From Psychrobacter sp. HD31 (GTDB taxonomy: Bacteria > Pseudomonadota > Gammaproteobacteria > Pseudomonadales > Moraxellaceae): a stretch of DNA of 32,000 nt. The first letter of the stretch is position 1; every line of letters starts with the position of its first letter. This document shows, piece by piece, positions 1 through 9,084 of this stretch. The stretch is from the NCBI RefSeq assembly GCF_051097895.1, contig NZ_CP142525.1, positions 1 to 32,000 on the forward strand, given 5' to 3'. The notes below the pieces were generated by a model. The model was not told the origin of the DNA, did not search any database, and was given only the letters and a program-made list of their open reading frames with translations. The translations under genes and the position numbers were made by a program.

Positions 1-471
1 GTCTTCACCAGCTGCTTGACGACGGAATAAGTCGTTTAATGCAACAGCATCTGCTTGGCGTAAGAAAGTGTATAGTTCTTCGATAAGTGCTGGTACAGAA
101 GTTTTTTCATGCATTGATTGGTCAGGTAGTGGACCAAACTCAGAACGCAATGCAGCAACCATCCAACCAGATAGGTATAGGTAACGCTTACTGGTAGTGC
201 CATGGTGTTTTTTAACAGCAATCATTTTTTGCTGTGCCACAAAACCATGCCAGCAGCCTAGAGACTGAGTGTACTTGCTGTGATCAGCATCATACTCTGC
301 CATGTCTTTACGCATGATAGCAGCGTTGTACTTAGCAACGTCTAAACCAGTTTTAAATTTGTTTTGTACCATCATACGTGCAGCGTTTTCTGGGTTAATA
401 TCTGCCCAAGTGTCGCCAAATTTTTCTTTAATAGCACGTACGTGTTCTAAAGCTGAAGTGTATGCTGTCAT
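1..471 (-). CDS. aceA: Isocitrate lyase, long (about 530 aa, Pseudomonas/Acinetobacter-type) form; only the N-terminal 157 codons, gene runs off the left edge
   Basis: Absent from the ORF track because it has no stop in the window. My minus-strand translation from the ATG at 469-471 is open for all 157 codons: MTAYTSALEHVRAIKEKFGDTWADINPENAARMMVQNKFKTGLDVAKYNAAIMRKDMAEYDADHSKYTQSLGCWHGFVAQQKMIAVKKHHGTTSKRYLYLSGWMVAALRSEFGPLPDQSMHEKTSVPALIEELYTFLRQADAV... The blocks AAIMRKDMAEYDAD, SLGCWHGF and YLYLSGWMVAALRSEFGPLPDQSMHEKT match the long ICL family as I remember it. AGGAG lies 9 nt upstream of the ATG. Confidence 0.9.
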   Translation of the reverse strand, partial: MTAYTSALEHVRAIKEKFGDTWADINPENAARMMVQNKFKTGLDVAKYNAAIMRKDMAEYDADHSKYTQSLGCWHGFVAQQKMIAVKKHHGTTSKRYLYLSGWMVAALRSEFGPLPDQSMHEKTSVPALIEELYTFLRQADAVALNDLFRRQAAGED

Positions 472-855
472 TACTATAACTCCTAGTTGGTTGTGTATAT
501 AGTTCACTGATGAAACCAATCTATAAGCCTATTTTATCTAGTTAAATAGATTGGGGGAAAAGGTTGAACATGGTGTATAATTGCATTTTAAATAACTTTT
601 TATTTATGGCTTATTTATAGCAGATATATACAATGACTTTTAAACCTAAGGTCACTATAGCTTGACTTAAAAGATTTATCTAATTTATGATTGTTATTTT
701 AAGTATTTCTTAAATATATAGTTATTTATTATCAGTTACTTATGTGATAAAATGCTCATAAAAAGTACAAATGACTGACTATTCATGGAGTGTAAGAAAA
801 TATTTTTTTGGGCTTTAGGAATAGCCTTAACAATAAACTAACGAGTTGATAGCGA

Positions 856-1842
856 ATGAACTTACAAAGGGTAGATTTAAATTTATTGGTGCATTTAGAT
901 GTCTTGTTGCGAGAAAAAAATGTGACTCGTGCAGCAGAGCAATTGGGCATCACGCAGCCAGCCATGAGCAATATCTTACGTCGATTGCGTAAACTGTTTA
1001 ATGACCCATTGCTGGTGCGCTCTAGTGAGGGTATGACCCCAACAGAAAGAGCACTTGAGTTACAACCTAGAGTAAGAGAAATATTAGCTGATTTAACTCA
1101 GGTATTAGAACCACGCACGGATTTTCGTCCCTTTAGTACCTCACGTGTGTTCCGTATTATGACGTCTGACTACGCTGAGGCAACGCTTGTACCAAGGCTA
1201 GTAAAAGCACTGCGAAGTGAGGCACCCAACGTCGTTTTAGACTTTTTAACCCCCTCGGATGTTTCTTATAGAGATATGGAACAAGGGCGTGTTGATTTAG
1301 CAATTAACCGTTTTAATGAAATCCCTCAAAGTTTTCATCAGGTGTTGGTGTGGCGAGATACGTTTAGCTGTTTATTAGCGGCAGATAGCCCGTATTTACC
1401 TAATTTTAACCTAAAAAATTACCTAGAAGCCCAACACGTATGGGTATCAAAAACAGGGATGGGCGTTGGCTTTGGGGTTAATCCAGATAAATCTGGTGGT
1501 CTTGGGTCTATTGATCAGGCCTTGCATCGTTTAGGGCAAAAACGCCAAATTAGTGTGTTTACACGTCATTACCAAATGCCTGCTATGTTAACAGCAAATA
1601 AAGATTTGATAGCAACGCTGCCTACGCGTGTTGCAAAAATGCAAGCAAAAAACGACAGTATTATTATCAAAGAACCCCCATTTTTTATTCCAGAATTTGA
1701 GCTTACCATGGCATGGTCTCCTTTATTACAACATCACCCCGCACATAGATGGTTGCGCCATCTTATTATGCACGTTGCACGTCAAATGGTTGCAGAAGAG
1801 GAAGGCAAAATACAATTACCGCCAGGTAGCAATTTATACTAA
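856..1842 (+). CDS. LysR-family transcriptional regulator (LeuO/NodD-like subgroup)
   Basis: 328-aa ORF. N-terminal wHTH VDLNLLVHLDVLLREKNVTRAAEQLGITQPAMSNILRRLRKLFNDPLLVR is the typical DLNLL...SQPA.S..L.RLR..F.D.LFVR signature. Length and C-terminal substrate-binding domain fit an LTTR. Divergent from aceA. Confidence 0.88.
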   Translation: MNLQRVDLNLLVHLDVLLREKNVTRAAEQLGITQPAMSNILRRLRKLFNDPLLVRSSEGMTPTERALELQPRVREILADLTQVLEPRTDFRPFSTSRVFRIMTSDYAEATLVPRLVKALRSEAPNVVLDFLTPSDVSYRDMEQGRVDLAINRFNEIPQSFHQVLVWRDTFSCLLAADSPYLPNFNLKNYLEAQHVWVSKTGMGVGFGVNPDKSGGLGSIDQALHRLGQKRQISVFTRHYQMPAMLTANKDLIATLPTRVAKMQAKNDSIIIKEPPFFIPEFELTMAWSPLLQHHPAHRWLRHLIMHVARQMVAEEEGKIQLPPGSNLY

Positions 1843-1857
1843 AAGTTAGGAGCACTT

Positions 1858-2391
1858 ATGAATCTTTTAAAAAATCATTTTGTTGGGCTAGTTAGTGTGT
1901 TGATGCTTGTGGGTTGTGCGGGCGCTGCCGATAGTGCTTCTCAAGCTGAGAAATTAGCAAAAACAACCATAGAACAAGCCTCTGTCGTAACGAATGAAAT
2001 TAAACAGTTTGGTGGGTTAAATGATGAGCAAAAGTCTTGTGTTGATAACATAGATTTTAGCTCGATGGAGGGTAAGGTCAAAACTATTTTAGAAACAGCG
2101 CTAACTGCCGAAGAACTTAAAAAAATTAATGAATTTAATGCTTCAGAACCTGCGCAGGCTTTCATTAACTATCGCCGAGAACAAACAATTATGGCAACAG
2201 GTGGTACGGTAGATAACCCGAGTGCAAAACCTACTGAAAAACAAATGAAAGAAGTTTTAGAGTTTCGAGAATCTGATTTAGGTACTAAGTATGCAGAAGT
2301 TTATGAATCAGAAGAGCAGGGTGGATTGGCACTGGTAATGGAAAACTTTTTAACCCAAGAGCTTACAAAATGCCAGGTAGACATTAAATAG
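1858..2391 (+). CDS. Lipoprotein of unknown function, paralog A (possibly DUF2059-like)
   Basis: 177-aa ORF starting 16 nt after the LysR stop, with AGGAG 6 nt upstream. Signal peptide with lipobox LVG-C (Cys20). The block TAEELKKINEFNASEPAQAFINY resembles the FT..EL....FY.SP.G motif I associate with DUF2059; this is a tentative family call. Confidence 0.75.
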   Translation: MNLLKNHFVGLVSVLMLVGCAGAADSASQAEKLAKTTIEQASVVTNEIKQFGGLNDEQKSCVDNIDFSSMEGKVKTILETALTAEELKKINEFNASEPAQAFINYRREQTIMATGGTVDNPSAKPTEKQMKEVLEFRESDLGTKYAEVYESEEQGGLALVMENFLTQELTKCQVDIK

Positions 2392-2460
2392 TCATGTTAA
2401 TTTTTGGTTTTAGGTTTGCAGCTTTTATTAACTGTTTTCTTTTATTGCCTGTTTTGTTGT

Positions 2461-2507
2461 AACCGTTTATTGATATACGATAAGTATGTTAATAAACGGT
2501 TTTTTTG
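2461..2507 (+). terminator. Rho-independent terminator after lipoprotein A
   Basis: AACCGTTTATT (2461-2471) pairs with AATAAACGGTT (2491-2501), followed by a T7 run. Confidence 0.7.
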
Positions 2508-2679
2508 TCGCTAATTTTTAAAGCTATTTACCATTATTATACGGTATTGTTATTGAAAATTTATGGGGGTACTGTTAGCATTTTAGGCAAATAAATAGCA
2601 ACATTGAAAGCGTTATTTCTATATCGCTTTTAACGCATTTTTTGTAAACTTTGATAACTCACTATGGTGTATAAATTAT

Positions 2680-3225
2680 ATGAAGCTTTTTAAAAAAACT
2701 GCCATGATTACCTCAATGATTGTCGCAATAACTGTTATTACTGGTTGCGCTAAAACGGATGAACAGGCATCACCAGCCAAACAACTTGCACATATCACGG
2801 CGGAGTCTGCAAAGGTAGGTTTTAGTGCAATTAAAGGGATGGGTGGTTTGGATGAGCAACAAGTAGAATGTATCGAGTCGATTGATGTACAACGATTAGA
2901 GTCAAAATTGGAGTCCATTTTAGAGAAAGACTTCACTAAAGAGGAACTCGCTAAATTGAACGAAGTGTATTCTTCTGATGCGGCAAAAGCGTTTACAAAT
3001 TATGGGCGTGATCAAATTATTATTGCGTTTGGTGGCACAATTAAAGAGCCTGCATTAGAGCCAACAGAAGCGCAAGTTAAAGAGGTTATGGCGTTTTCTA
3101 ATACTGAGTTGGGGCAAAAATATACAGCACTTAATGATTCGGTTGAAGAAGGTAGTATGACACTAGAAGTAAACCAATTTATTAGTGAAGAATTAGCAAA
3201 ATGTCATGTCGACATTGCGATGTAA
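2680..3225 (+). CDS. Lipoprotein of unknown function, paralog B of 1858..2391
   Basis: 181-aa ORF. Lipobox ITG-C (Cys23). Gapless hand alignment of residues 53-180 with residues 50-177 of paralog A gives about 57 identities over 128 positions. Both end in ..EL.KC.VDI.. No obvious Shine-Dalgarno sequence (only GGTG 10 nt upstream). Confidence 0.75.
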   Translation: MKLFKKTAMITSMIVAITVITGCAKTDEQASPAKQLAHITAESAKVGFSAIKGMGGLDEQQVECIESIDVQRLESKLESILEKDFTKEELAKLNEVYSSDAAKAFTNYGRDQIIIAFGGTIKEPALEPTEAQVKEVMAFSNTELGQKYTALNDSVEEGSMTLEVNQFISEELAKCHVDIAM

Positions 3226-3260
3226 GCCTGCGCTCTTTGAGGTTTAAATACTGAAATACA

Positions 3261-3302
3261 AAAAAACGCCTAACTTTTTTAATTTAATGTTAGGCGTTTT
3301 TT
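3261..3302. terminator. Bidirectional rho-independent terminator between convergent lipoprotein B and nhaA
   Basis: AAAAAACGCCTAAC (3261-3274) pairs with GTTAGGCGTTTTTT (3289-3302). The A-run and T-run flanks allow function on both strands. Confidence 0.8.
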
Positions 3303-3326
3303 ATGAGCGAACTTTGCTTAAACAAG

Positions 3327-4508
3327 CTATTTGGTTAAATCTAAATGTTTACTCTTTTTAGTAATAATGTTTAGATAAATATAACCAGCAATACCAGAAA
3401 GTAATGAGCCGATAATAATGCCTAAACGCTCATCAAATGCTTTTTCTATACCACCAAATGCAAGCCCACCAATAAATAAGCTCATCGTAAAGCCGATACC
3501 ACAAAGTAACGATACACCAAAAATATGATGCCAAGTAACCCCTTTCGGGATGGATGCAAGCCCAAGTTTTACGCCAATCCAGCTAAACAGCATCACACCA
3601 ATCGGTTTGCCTAAAAACAAACCAGCAGTAATTGCCATTGGCACGGGGTGTACAAGATCACCAATACCCGCATCCGTTAAATTAATGCCGGCATTAGCAA
3701 ATGCAAAAATTGGCAAAATGACAAAGGCAACGGCATCTTGCAAGTCATGCTCTAAGTCTTCTAATGGTGAATGCTCTTCATCGTCTTTATCCCACATAGG
3801 GATACACAGTGCAAGTAAAACCCCTGCAATGGTTGCATGAATACCAGACTTTAACACCGCTGCCCACATGACAATCCCAATAAGTATGTATGGCGTAATG
3901 CGTGTGACGTTTAAACGATTTAATACAAACAAAATGGCAAGGGCAACAGCGGCAATACCTAATGCAGAAAAAGACAAACCATGTGAATAAAAGAAAGCAA
4001 TAATTAAAATGGCGCCAATATCATCAAAAATTGCAATGGATGCCAAAAATATTTTTAGGGAAGCCGGTACTCGGTTACCCAACAAACTAATAACACCTAA
4101 AGCAAAAGCAATATCTGTTGCGGCAGGGATTGCCCAACCATTTAAATAGTCTGGATTACCCCAGTTCATTGCGGCATAAATAAGCCCAGGCACGACCATA
4201 CCGCCAACCGCTGCTAAGGCAGGCAGAATAACCTTCCGTACTTCTGATAACTCACCAACAAGCATTTCTCGTTTAAGCTCAAGCCCAACCAAGAAAAAGA
4301 AAATAGCCATTAATCCGTCATTAATCCAATGCAGTGCATGTTTGTCGATAACAAAGTCATCAACATGCACACCAATAGAAATTTCTAATAAGTGGTGATA
4401 GTGGTCGTACAAAGGGGTATTTGCAATTATCATCGCTAAAATAGCGGCAGCGGCGAGCACCAAACCACCGGCTATTTCTGACTGAAAAAATTTGCGTATT
4501 GCTTGCAT
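3327..4508 (-). CDS. nhaA: Na+/H+ antiporter NhaA
   Basis: 393-aa polytopic membrane ORF. N-terminus [26 protein letters not shown] and the conserved IFDDIGAI (Asp-Asp pair) are NhaA hallmarks. TGAGG RBS 5 nt upstream. Confidence 0.92.
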   Translation of the reverse strand: MQAIRKFFQSEIAGGLVLAAAAILAMIIANTPLYDHYHHLLEISIGVHVDDFVIDKHALHWINDGLMAIFFFLVGLELKREMLVGELSEVRKVILPALAAVGGMVVPGLIYAAMNWGNPDYLNGWAIPAATDIAFALGVISLLGNRVPASLKIFLASIAIFDDIGAILIIAFFYSHGLSFSALGIAAVALAILFVLNRLNVTRITPYILIGIVMWAAVLKSGIHATIAGVLLALCIPMWDKDDEEHSPLEDLEHDLQDAVAFVILPIFAFANAGINLTDAGIGDLVHPVPMAITAGLFLGKPIGVMLFSWIGVKLGLASIPKGVTWHHIFGVSLLCGIGFTMSLFIGGLAFGGIEKAFDERLGIIIGSLLSGIAGYIYLNIITKKSKHLDLTK

Positions 4509-4691
4509 GAATGCCTCATGTAATTATATTTGTAGTCTTGCAATTTTAATGAAAAAACTAACCTTTGGCAAAAAATCTGAGTGTTTTTCTCGGTTTTAAC
4601 TGTTTGACAAATTATTTATTAAACTTGCTTTATGTAAAACGGGTTATATAAATCATCTTATATTAAAGCTGCAACGGTTATTCAACAAAGG

Positions 4692-5372
4692 TTACTCAAC
4701 AAATGCCAACTTCCAAGGTAATGCGGGTAAACATGTTGGATGGGGCAGGTTATTTAAATCGAGCTTTTTATCGCCGTTTGCAAACATGCCTTTTGCAATG
4801 AGATTAATGCTCCAAGGCAAAATTTTGTATTCAAGCTCATGTACTCGATTTTGTAGAGTTTCGGCAGTATCAGATGCATTAATCTTTAATAGCGCTTGCG
4901 CAATAACTGCACCCGCATCTAGTTCTGCTGTTACAACATGTACGCTACAACCATGATAAGTCTCGCCAGTTTCTATGGCTCTGGCGTGGGTATCTAAGCC
5001 TTTAAATTTTGGCAAAAGTGATGGATGTAGGTTAATCATTGGGGCAGGGCAGGCATTAATAAAGTCGCCACTTAATACACGCATAAAGCCAGCAAGTACA
5101 ATTAAATCAGGTTGCCATTGTTTTAATTGTTCGAGTGCATGTTGCTCAAAAGTTGATATTTTCATGCGTTTGCCTGATGGCGTATGAGACAGTACGGCAA
5201 CATTAATACCTGCTTGATTGGCGCGTTCAATAGCGTAAGCATCTTCTCGGTTGCTAATAACCCCAACAATCTCTATGGGTAATTCTGCTGTTTTTTGAGC
5301 GTCTATTAAAACTTGTAAGTTACTGCCATTGCCTGATACCAATACGGCTATTTTTAATTTTTGTTCGTTCAT
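4692..5372 (-). CDS. purN: Phosphoribosylglycinamide formyltransferase (GAR transformylase)
   Basis: Motifs KIAVLVSGNGSNLQ and NLHPSLLPKFKG. I start at the internal Met (MNEQKLKIAVL..., ATG 5370-5372), giving 226 aa, rather than the track start at 5426, which would run into the upstream hairpin. Confidence 0.9.
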   Translation of the reverse strand: MNEQKLKIAVLVSGNGSNLQVLIDAQKTAELPIEIVGVISNREDAYAIERANQAGINVAVLSHTPSGKRMKISTFEQHALEQLKQWQPDLIVLAGFMRVLSGDFINACPAPMINLHPSLLPKFKGLDTHARAIETGETYHGCSVHVVTAELDAGAVIAQALLKINASDTAETLQNRVHELEYKILPWSINLIAKGMFANGDKKLDLNNLPHPTCLPALPWKLAFVE

Positions 5373-5424
5373 GAGGCTCTCATTTATTAAGTGATTAAAC
5401 GATTGTGTAACAAAACTCGGTAAC

Positions 5425-5454
5425 AAAAAGGTGTATCAATGATACACCTTTTTT
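5425..5454 (-). terminator. Palindromic terminator-like hairpin between purM and purN
   Basis: AAAAA-GGTGTATC-aat-GATACACC-TTTTTT. 8-bp GC-containing stem flanked by an A-run and a T-run, so U-tracts exist on either strand. Lies 157 nt downstream of the purM stop and 53 nt upstream of the purN ATG. Confidence 0.55.
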
Positions 5455-5610
5455 ATAATCAATTTGGGGCTAAAGATATTGACTGAGCCATGTGCTCAAA
5501 ATATCAACTTTTTAAATAAAACCTGTTAAAAACTTTGCTTTATATCGGTTTGTCATGGCTAAAATTCAGTTAACTATTATGTTTGAACTGACGACCATGT
5601 ATTTTAAAGT

Positions 5611-6669
5611 TTACAGTGATTGATACGTGACCGCATCTTGTTCACGTGCAACAATTTCACCCAATTTCCAAGCAGTTTCTCCAGCGTTGTTAAGGATGCT
5701 AATTGCTTTATCAGCTTGGTCTGCTGGTACCACTACAACAAAGCCAACCCCACAGTTAAACGTGCGATACATCTCGGTTTGTTCAATGTTACCATTGGTT
5801 TGTAACCATTTAAATAGGTCACTAAATTGCCAGCTTGCTGTATCAATTTGTGCGGTTAAGTCATCCGGTAACACACGTGGCAGGTTTTCTGTTAAGCCAC
5901 CACCAGTAATGTGCGCCATTGCATGGATATTTTGGTTACCCAGACTTTTTTGCAACGCCTGAATAGATTTAACATAAATTTTGGTTGGCGCCATCATTGC
6001 ATCTTTAAAACTCATGCCATCAAGCTGTATATCGGTGTTGATGTCTGTCGCACTTACTTCAATCACTTTACGCACTAATGAATAACCGTTTGAGTGAGCC
6101 CCATTAGATTTTAAACCGATTAATACATCACCTTTTGCTACATTGTCGCCAGTAATGATTTCATCTTCTTCTACCACGCCAACACAAAAGCCTGCCAAAT
6201 CATAATCTTCATCTTGGTACATGCCAGGCATTTCGGCAGTTTCACCACCAATTAGTGCACAGCCAGACTGCTTACAGCCTTCGCCAATGCCGGTTACAAC
6301 GGTTGCTGCTGTATCAACATCCAGTTTGCCAGTGGCATAATAATCTAAAAAGAATAACGGCTCTGCACCGCAAACAAGCAAGTCATTAACACACATGGCA
6401 ACAAGGTCGATACCAATGCTGTCATGTTGATTAAATTGTAGAGCAAGCTTAAGTTTGGTGCCAACACCATCTGTACCTGAAACCAATAGGGGAGATTTAT
6501 AGCCTTGTGGAATGCGACATAATGCGCCAAATCCACCTAATCCACCAACCACTTCAGGACGAGTGGTGGATTTAGCTACCGATTTTATTCGGCTAACCAG
6601 TGCTTCTCCAGCGTCGATATCTACGCCAGCATCTTTATAGCTAAGAGATTGGTTTGATGGGTTGCTCAT
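5611..6669 (-). CDS. purM: Phosphoribosylformylglycinamidine cyclo-ligase (AIR synthetase)
   Basis: 352-aa [19 protein letters not shown]-terminus, [12 protein letters not shown] motif and overall PurM architecture. Confidence 0.93.
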   Translation of the reverse strand: MSNPSNQSLSYKDAGVDIDAGEALVSRIKSVAKSTTRPEVVGGLGGFGALCRIPQGYKSPLLVSGTDGVGTKLKLALQFNQHDSIGIDLVAMCVNDLLVCGAEPLFFLDYYATGKLDVDTAATVVTGIGEGCKQSGCALIGGETAEMPGMYQDEDYDLAGFCVGVVEEDEIITGDNVAKGDVLIGLKSNGAHSNGYSLVRKVIEVSATDINTDIQLDGMSFKDAMMAPTKIYVKSIQALQKSLGNQNIHAMAHITGGGLTENLPRVLPDDLTAQIDTASWQFSDLFKWLQTNGNIEQTEMYRTFNCGVGFVVVVPADQADKAISILNNAGETAWKLGEIVAREQDAVTYQSL

Positions 6670-6767
6670 GTGCTTAAAACCTCGTAGAAGAAAATATTGA
6701 AGTCACATTATACCTATAAAATAGTGAGGCTTACAAAGGTTATCTGTATAAATGTTTCACTTATCAG

Positions 6768-6796
6768 TTGTACTTTAATCCACGAGTACCTACAAT
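6768..6796 (+). promoter_or_regulatory. Candidate sigma70 promoter for metXW
   Basis: TTGTAC (6768-6773), 17-nt spacer, TACAAT (6791-6796). Predicted start is about 35 nt upstream of the ATG at 6839. Confidence 0.4.
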
Positions 6797-6838
6797 AGAG
6801 GATTAATCGTTTTTTATGCTTAAGGTAAGCAATTAATC

Positions 6839-8131
6839 ATGCAACAAAAGCAACAATACAAAACAAAAACACCTGATAAATCAGATTCAAGAAACAAATC
6901 GGCTGAAGGTCGGGTTGCTGGCTCTGTGAGCGAATCTATCGATGGTTCTGGTGGCTCTGTAGGGATGGTGACGCCGCAAAAAATTCATTTTGATACGCCA
7001 TTAACTTTAGAATGTAATCGCACCCTGCCAGAGTTTGATTTAATGGTAGAAACCTATGGCACACTGAATCAAGATAAAAGCAATGCCATTTTAATTTGTC
7101 ATGCTTTGTCTGGCAGCCATCATGCAGCAGGCTATCATAGTAAAGATGATAAAAAGCCAGGCTGGTGGGACAGCTTTATTGGACCAAACAAACCAATAGA
7201 TACCAATAAGTATTATGTGGTTTGTTTAAATAATATTGGCAGTTGCTATGGCTCAACGGGTCCTACATCCATCAATCCGCAAACGGGAAAACCGTATGCA
7301 TCCGACTTCCCATTAGTTACCATAAAAGATTGGGTAAAAACGCAAACCATGCTGTCGGATAAACTAGAAATTGATGTTTGGTATGCCATTGTTGGCGGCT
7401 CTATGGGCGGAATGCAAGCCTTGCAGTGGTCGGTTGATTATCCAAACAGATTAAAAAAATGCGTGATTATTGCCAGCACTCCAAAACTTTCTGCCCAAAA
7501 TATTGCATTTAATGAAGTGGCAAGACAATCAATTTTGTCTGATCCTGAGTTCCATGAAGGTCAGTATTTACAACATGATACTTATCCAGGTCGTGGTTTA
7601 ATTTTGGCACGTATGGTTGGGCATATTACTTATTTAACTGATGAAGCAATGAAAGAGAAATTTGGTCGTGATTTAAAATCGGGCGAATTTATGTATGGTT
7701 ATGATGCCGAGTTTCAGGTAGAAAGTTACTTGCGATACCAAGGTACCCGCTTTAGCAAAAACTTTGATGCAAATACTTATTTACTAATGACCAAAGCATT
7801 GGACTATTTTGATCCATCACGTGGTGTTGTAGATGAAGGACTGAGCGAAGAAGAAGCACTTAAAGCAGCATTGGTTAACACAGCCTGTCCCTTCTTGGTG
7901 GTATCTTTTACAACAGATTGGCGGTTTTCTCCAGAGCGGTCGCAAGAAATAGTTAAGGCGCTGGTTGCCAACAACAAGCCTGTTAGTTATGTCAATATTG
8001 ATGCGCCATACGGGCATGACTCATTTTTATTTGATATACCACGCTATAACAATGCGGTACGCAACTTTTTAGATGCTGACTTAAATGGTGATACCCTAAA
8101 TGATGTAAATAAAGCGGGAGACCTTGCATGA
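6839..8131 (+). CDS. metX: Homoserine O-acyltransferase MetX (acetyl- or succinyl-transferring; specificity not decidable from sequence by eye)
   Basis: 430-aa [60 protein letters not shown], the nucleophile elbow GGSMGGMQA and C-terminal GHDSFL are MetX hallmarks. The first 42 aa are a low-complexity K/Q/S/G extension; an alternative start is Met43 at 6965. Confidence 0.9.
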   Translation: MQQKQQYKTKTPDKSDSRNKSAEGRVAGSVSESIDGSGGSVGMVTPQKIHFDTPLTLECNRTLPEFDLMVETYGTLNQDKSNAILICHALSGSHHAAGYHSKDDKKPGWWDSFIGPNKPIDTNKYYVVCLNNIGSCYGSTGPTSINPQTGKPYASDFPLVTIKDWVKTQTMLSDKLEIDVWYAIVGGSMGGMQALQWSVDYPNRLKKCVIIASTPKLSAQNIAFNEVARQSILSDPEFHEGQYLQHDTYPGRGLILARMVGHITYLTDEAMKEKFGRDLKSGEFMYGYDAEFQVESYLRYQGTRFSKNFDANTYLLMTKALDYFDPSRGVVDEGLSEEEALKAALVNTACPFLVVSFTTDWRFSPERSQEIVKALVANNKPVSYVNIDAPYGHDSFLFDIPRYNNAVRNFLDADLNGDTLNDVNKAGDLA

Positions 8132-8736
8132 GAATTGATCATCAATTAGTAGAGCAATGGATTAAGCCAAATAGTAAAGTTTTGGATTTAGGCTGTGGTG
8201 ATGGTGCATTGTTACATCACTTACAAAGTAGCATGGGAGTTTTTGGCTATGGTATTGAACTAGACGAAAATAAGATGAATGAAGCAATTGGTAAAGGGCT
8301 AAATATTATTGAGCAGGACTTAAATGATGGACTCGCAAGCTTTGCCGATAATAGCTTTGATACGGTTGTGATGGCACGCGCTTTGCAAGCAGTGCAAAAT
8401 CCAGATACTTTATTGTTAGATATGTTAAGAGTGGGTAAAGAGGTGATTGTTACTTTCCCTAACTTTGCTTATTGGCAAAATAGATTACATTTGGGTGTTA
8501 AAGGTATGATGCCTAAATCAGAAGCCTTGCCTTATGAATGGTACAACACACCTAACATTCATTTATCAACCTTTAAAGATTTTGAAGCACTATGCAGAAA
8601 ACATGATATCCGTATTTTAAACCATGTTGCAGGAACTGACTCTGAGCTTGGTAAAAATAGCTTTGCACAAAAATTAATGAATCGTTTCCCTAATTTAATG
8701 GCGGATGTCGCAATTTATCGTGTTACCAAAAAATAA
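8128..8736 (+). CDS. metW: Methionine biosynthesis protein MetW
   Basis: 202-aa ORF whose start overlaps the metX stop (ATGA). SAM-fold motif [12 protein letters not shown]. The metX-metW pairing is canonical. Confidence 0.9.
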   Translation: MRIDHQLVEQWIKPNSKVLDLGCGDGALLHHLQSSMGVFGYGIELDENKMNEAIGKGLNIIEQDLNDGLASFADNSFDTVVMARALQAVQNPDTLLLDMLRVGKEVIVTFPNFAYWQNRLHLGVKGMMPKSEALPYEWYNTPNIHLSTFKDFEALCRKHDIRILNHVAGTDSELGKNSFAQKLMNRFPNLMADVAIYRVTKK

Positions 8737-8740
8737 AAAA

Positions 8741-8762
8741 TGTGGATAAGTTTGTGGATAAA
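8741..8762. promoter_or_regulatory. Two perfect DnaA boxes (TGTGGATAA = complement of TTATCCACA) separated by 4 nt
   Basis: TGTGGATAA at 8741-8749 and at 8754-8762, same orientation, starting 5 nt after the metW stop. Confidence 0.6.
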
Positions 8763-9075
8763 TAAAAAATATTTTATCTATATGATTGAATTTTCTATTT
8801 TTTAAATGACGGGAAGTTACTGGCATTACGCCTTTTTGTATTATTTTGTTACAATTTTTTGATGCAAAATCAAGTATTTCAGTAAAGGTGATAGTCCACA
8901 ATATATTGGTCTACATAACTTTGGATACCACTATAGATGGGGTTTTATACCAGCAATCGCACACATGACTTTAAGTAATATCAAACCCTGTATTTGTATT
9001 TATTTTGTAGCAATGATACTCTACTAAGCGTATTATCAGAACTTTTATTTATTCCCAGCCAATTTAACGCAGAGT

Positions 9076-9084
9076 TGTGGATAA
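9076..9084. promoter_or_regulatory. Third perfect DnaA box, same orientation
   Basis: TGTGGATAA at 9076-9084, 143 nt upstream of the Sel1-repeat gene. A 7/9 box in opposite orientation (TAGTCCACA) lies at 8892-8900. Confidence 0.55.

Noticed and set aside
36-502. Track ORFs 36..221 (-) and 302..502 (+)
   Set aside because: Both are out-of-frame or antisense within the aceA 5' coding region, which is open for 157 codons in another minus-strand frame and has unmistakable isocitrate lyase sequence.
570-2674. Shared 11-mer ATGGTGTATAA at 570-580 and 2664-2674 (both near the LysR/lipoprotein genes) as a common regulatory site
   Set aside because: For a 32-kb sequence, on the order of a hundred exact 11-mer coincidences are expected by chance (N squared over 2, divided by 4 to the 11th), and more in AT-rich DNA. 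This is not significant on its own.
3550-3840. 96-aa plus-strand ORF antisense to nhaA. Similar antisense ORFs lie at 4975-5187, 5627-5962, 10667-11065, 11419-11850, 15013-15453, 20267-20509, 23070-23336, 24335-24652, 25286-25564, 27556-27816, 29624-29851, 30222-30461 and 30975-31319
   Set aside because: All lie wholly inside strongly supported genes on the opposite strand. They lack RBS-plus-start contexts and have the Ser/Ala/Cys/Arg-rich composition typical of antisense frames of real genes.
5373-5426. Longer track starts for purN (5426), the esterase (18198), the YitT protein (12898) and dctP (TTG 22594)
   Set aside because: In each case a downstream ATG has a better RBS (AAGGAGG for the esterase, AAAGGAA for dctP), or the extension would run through an upstream terminator hairpin (purN, YitT). 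The conserved protein core begins at the shorter start.
8695-8901. 68-aa minus-strand ORF overlapping the metW 3' end and the DnaA boxes
   Set aside because: It has no Shine-Dalgarno sequence, overlaps a well-supported gene end, and has AT-rich low-complexity composition ([14 protein letters not shown]). It shows no recognisable motif and is most likely a chance ORF in AT-rich DNA.
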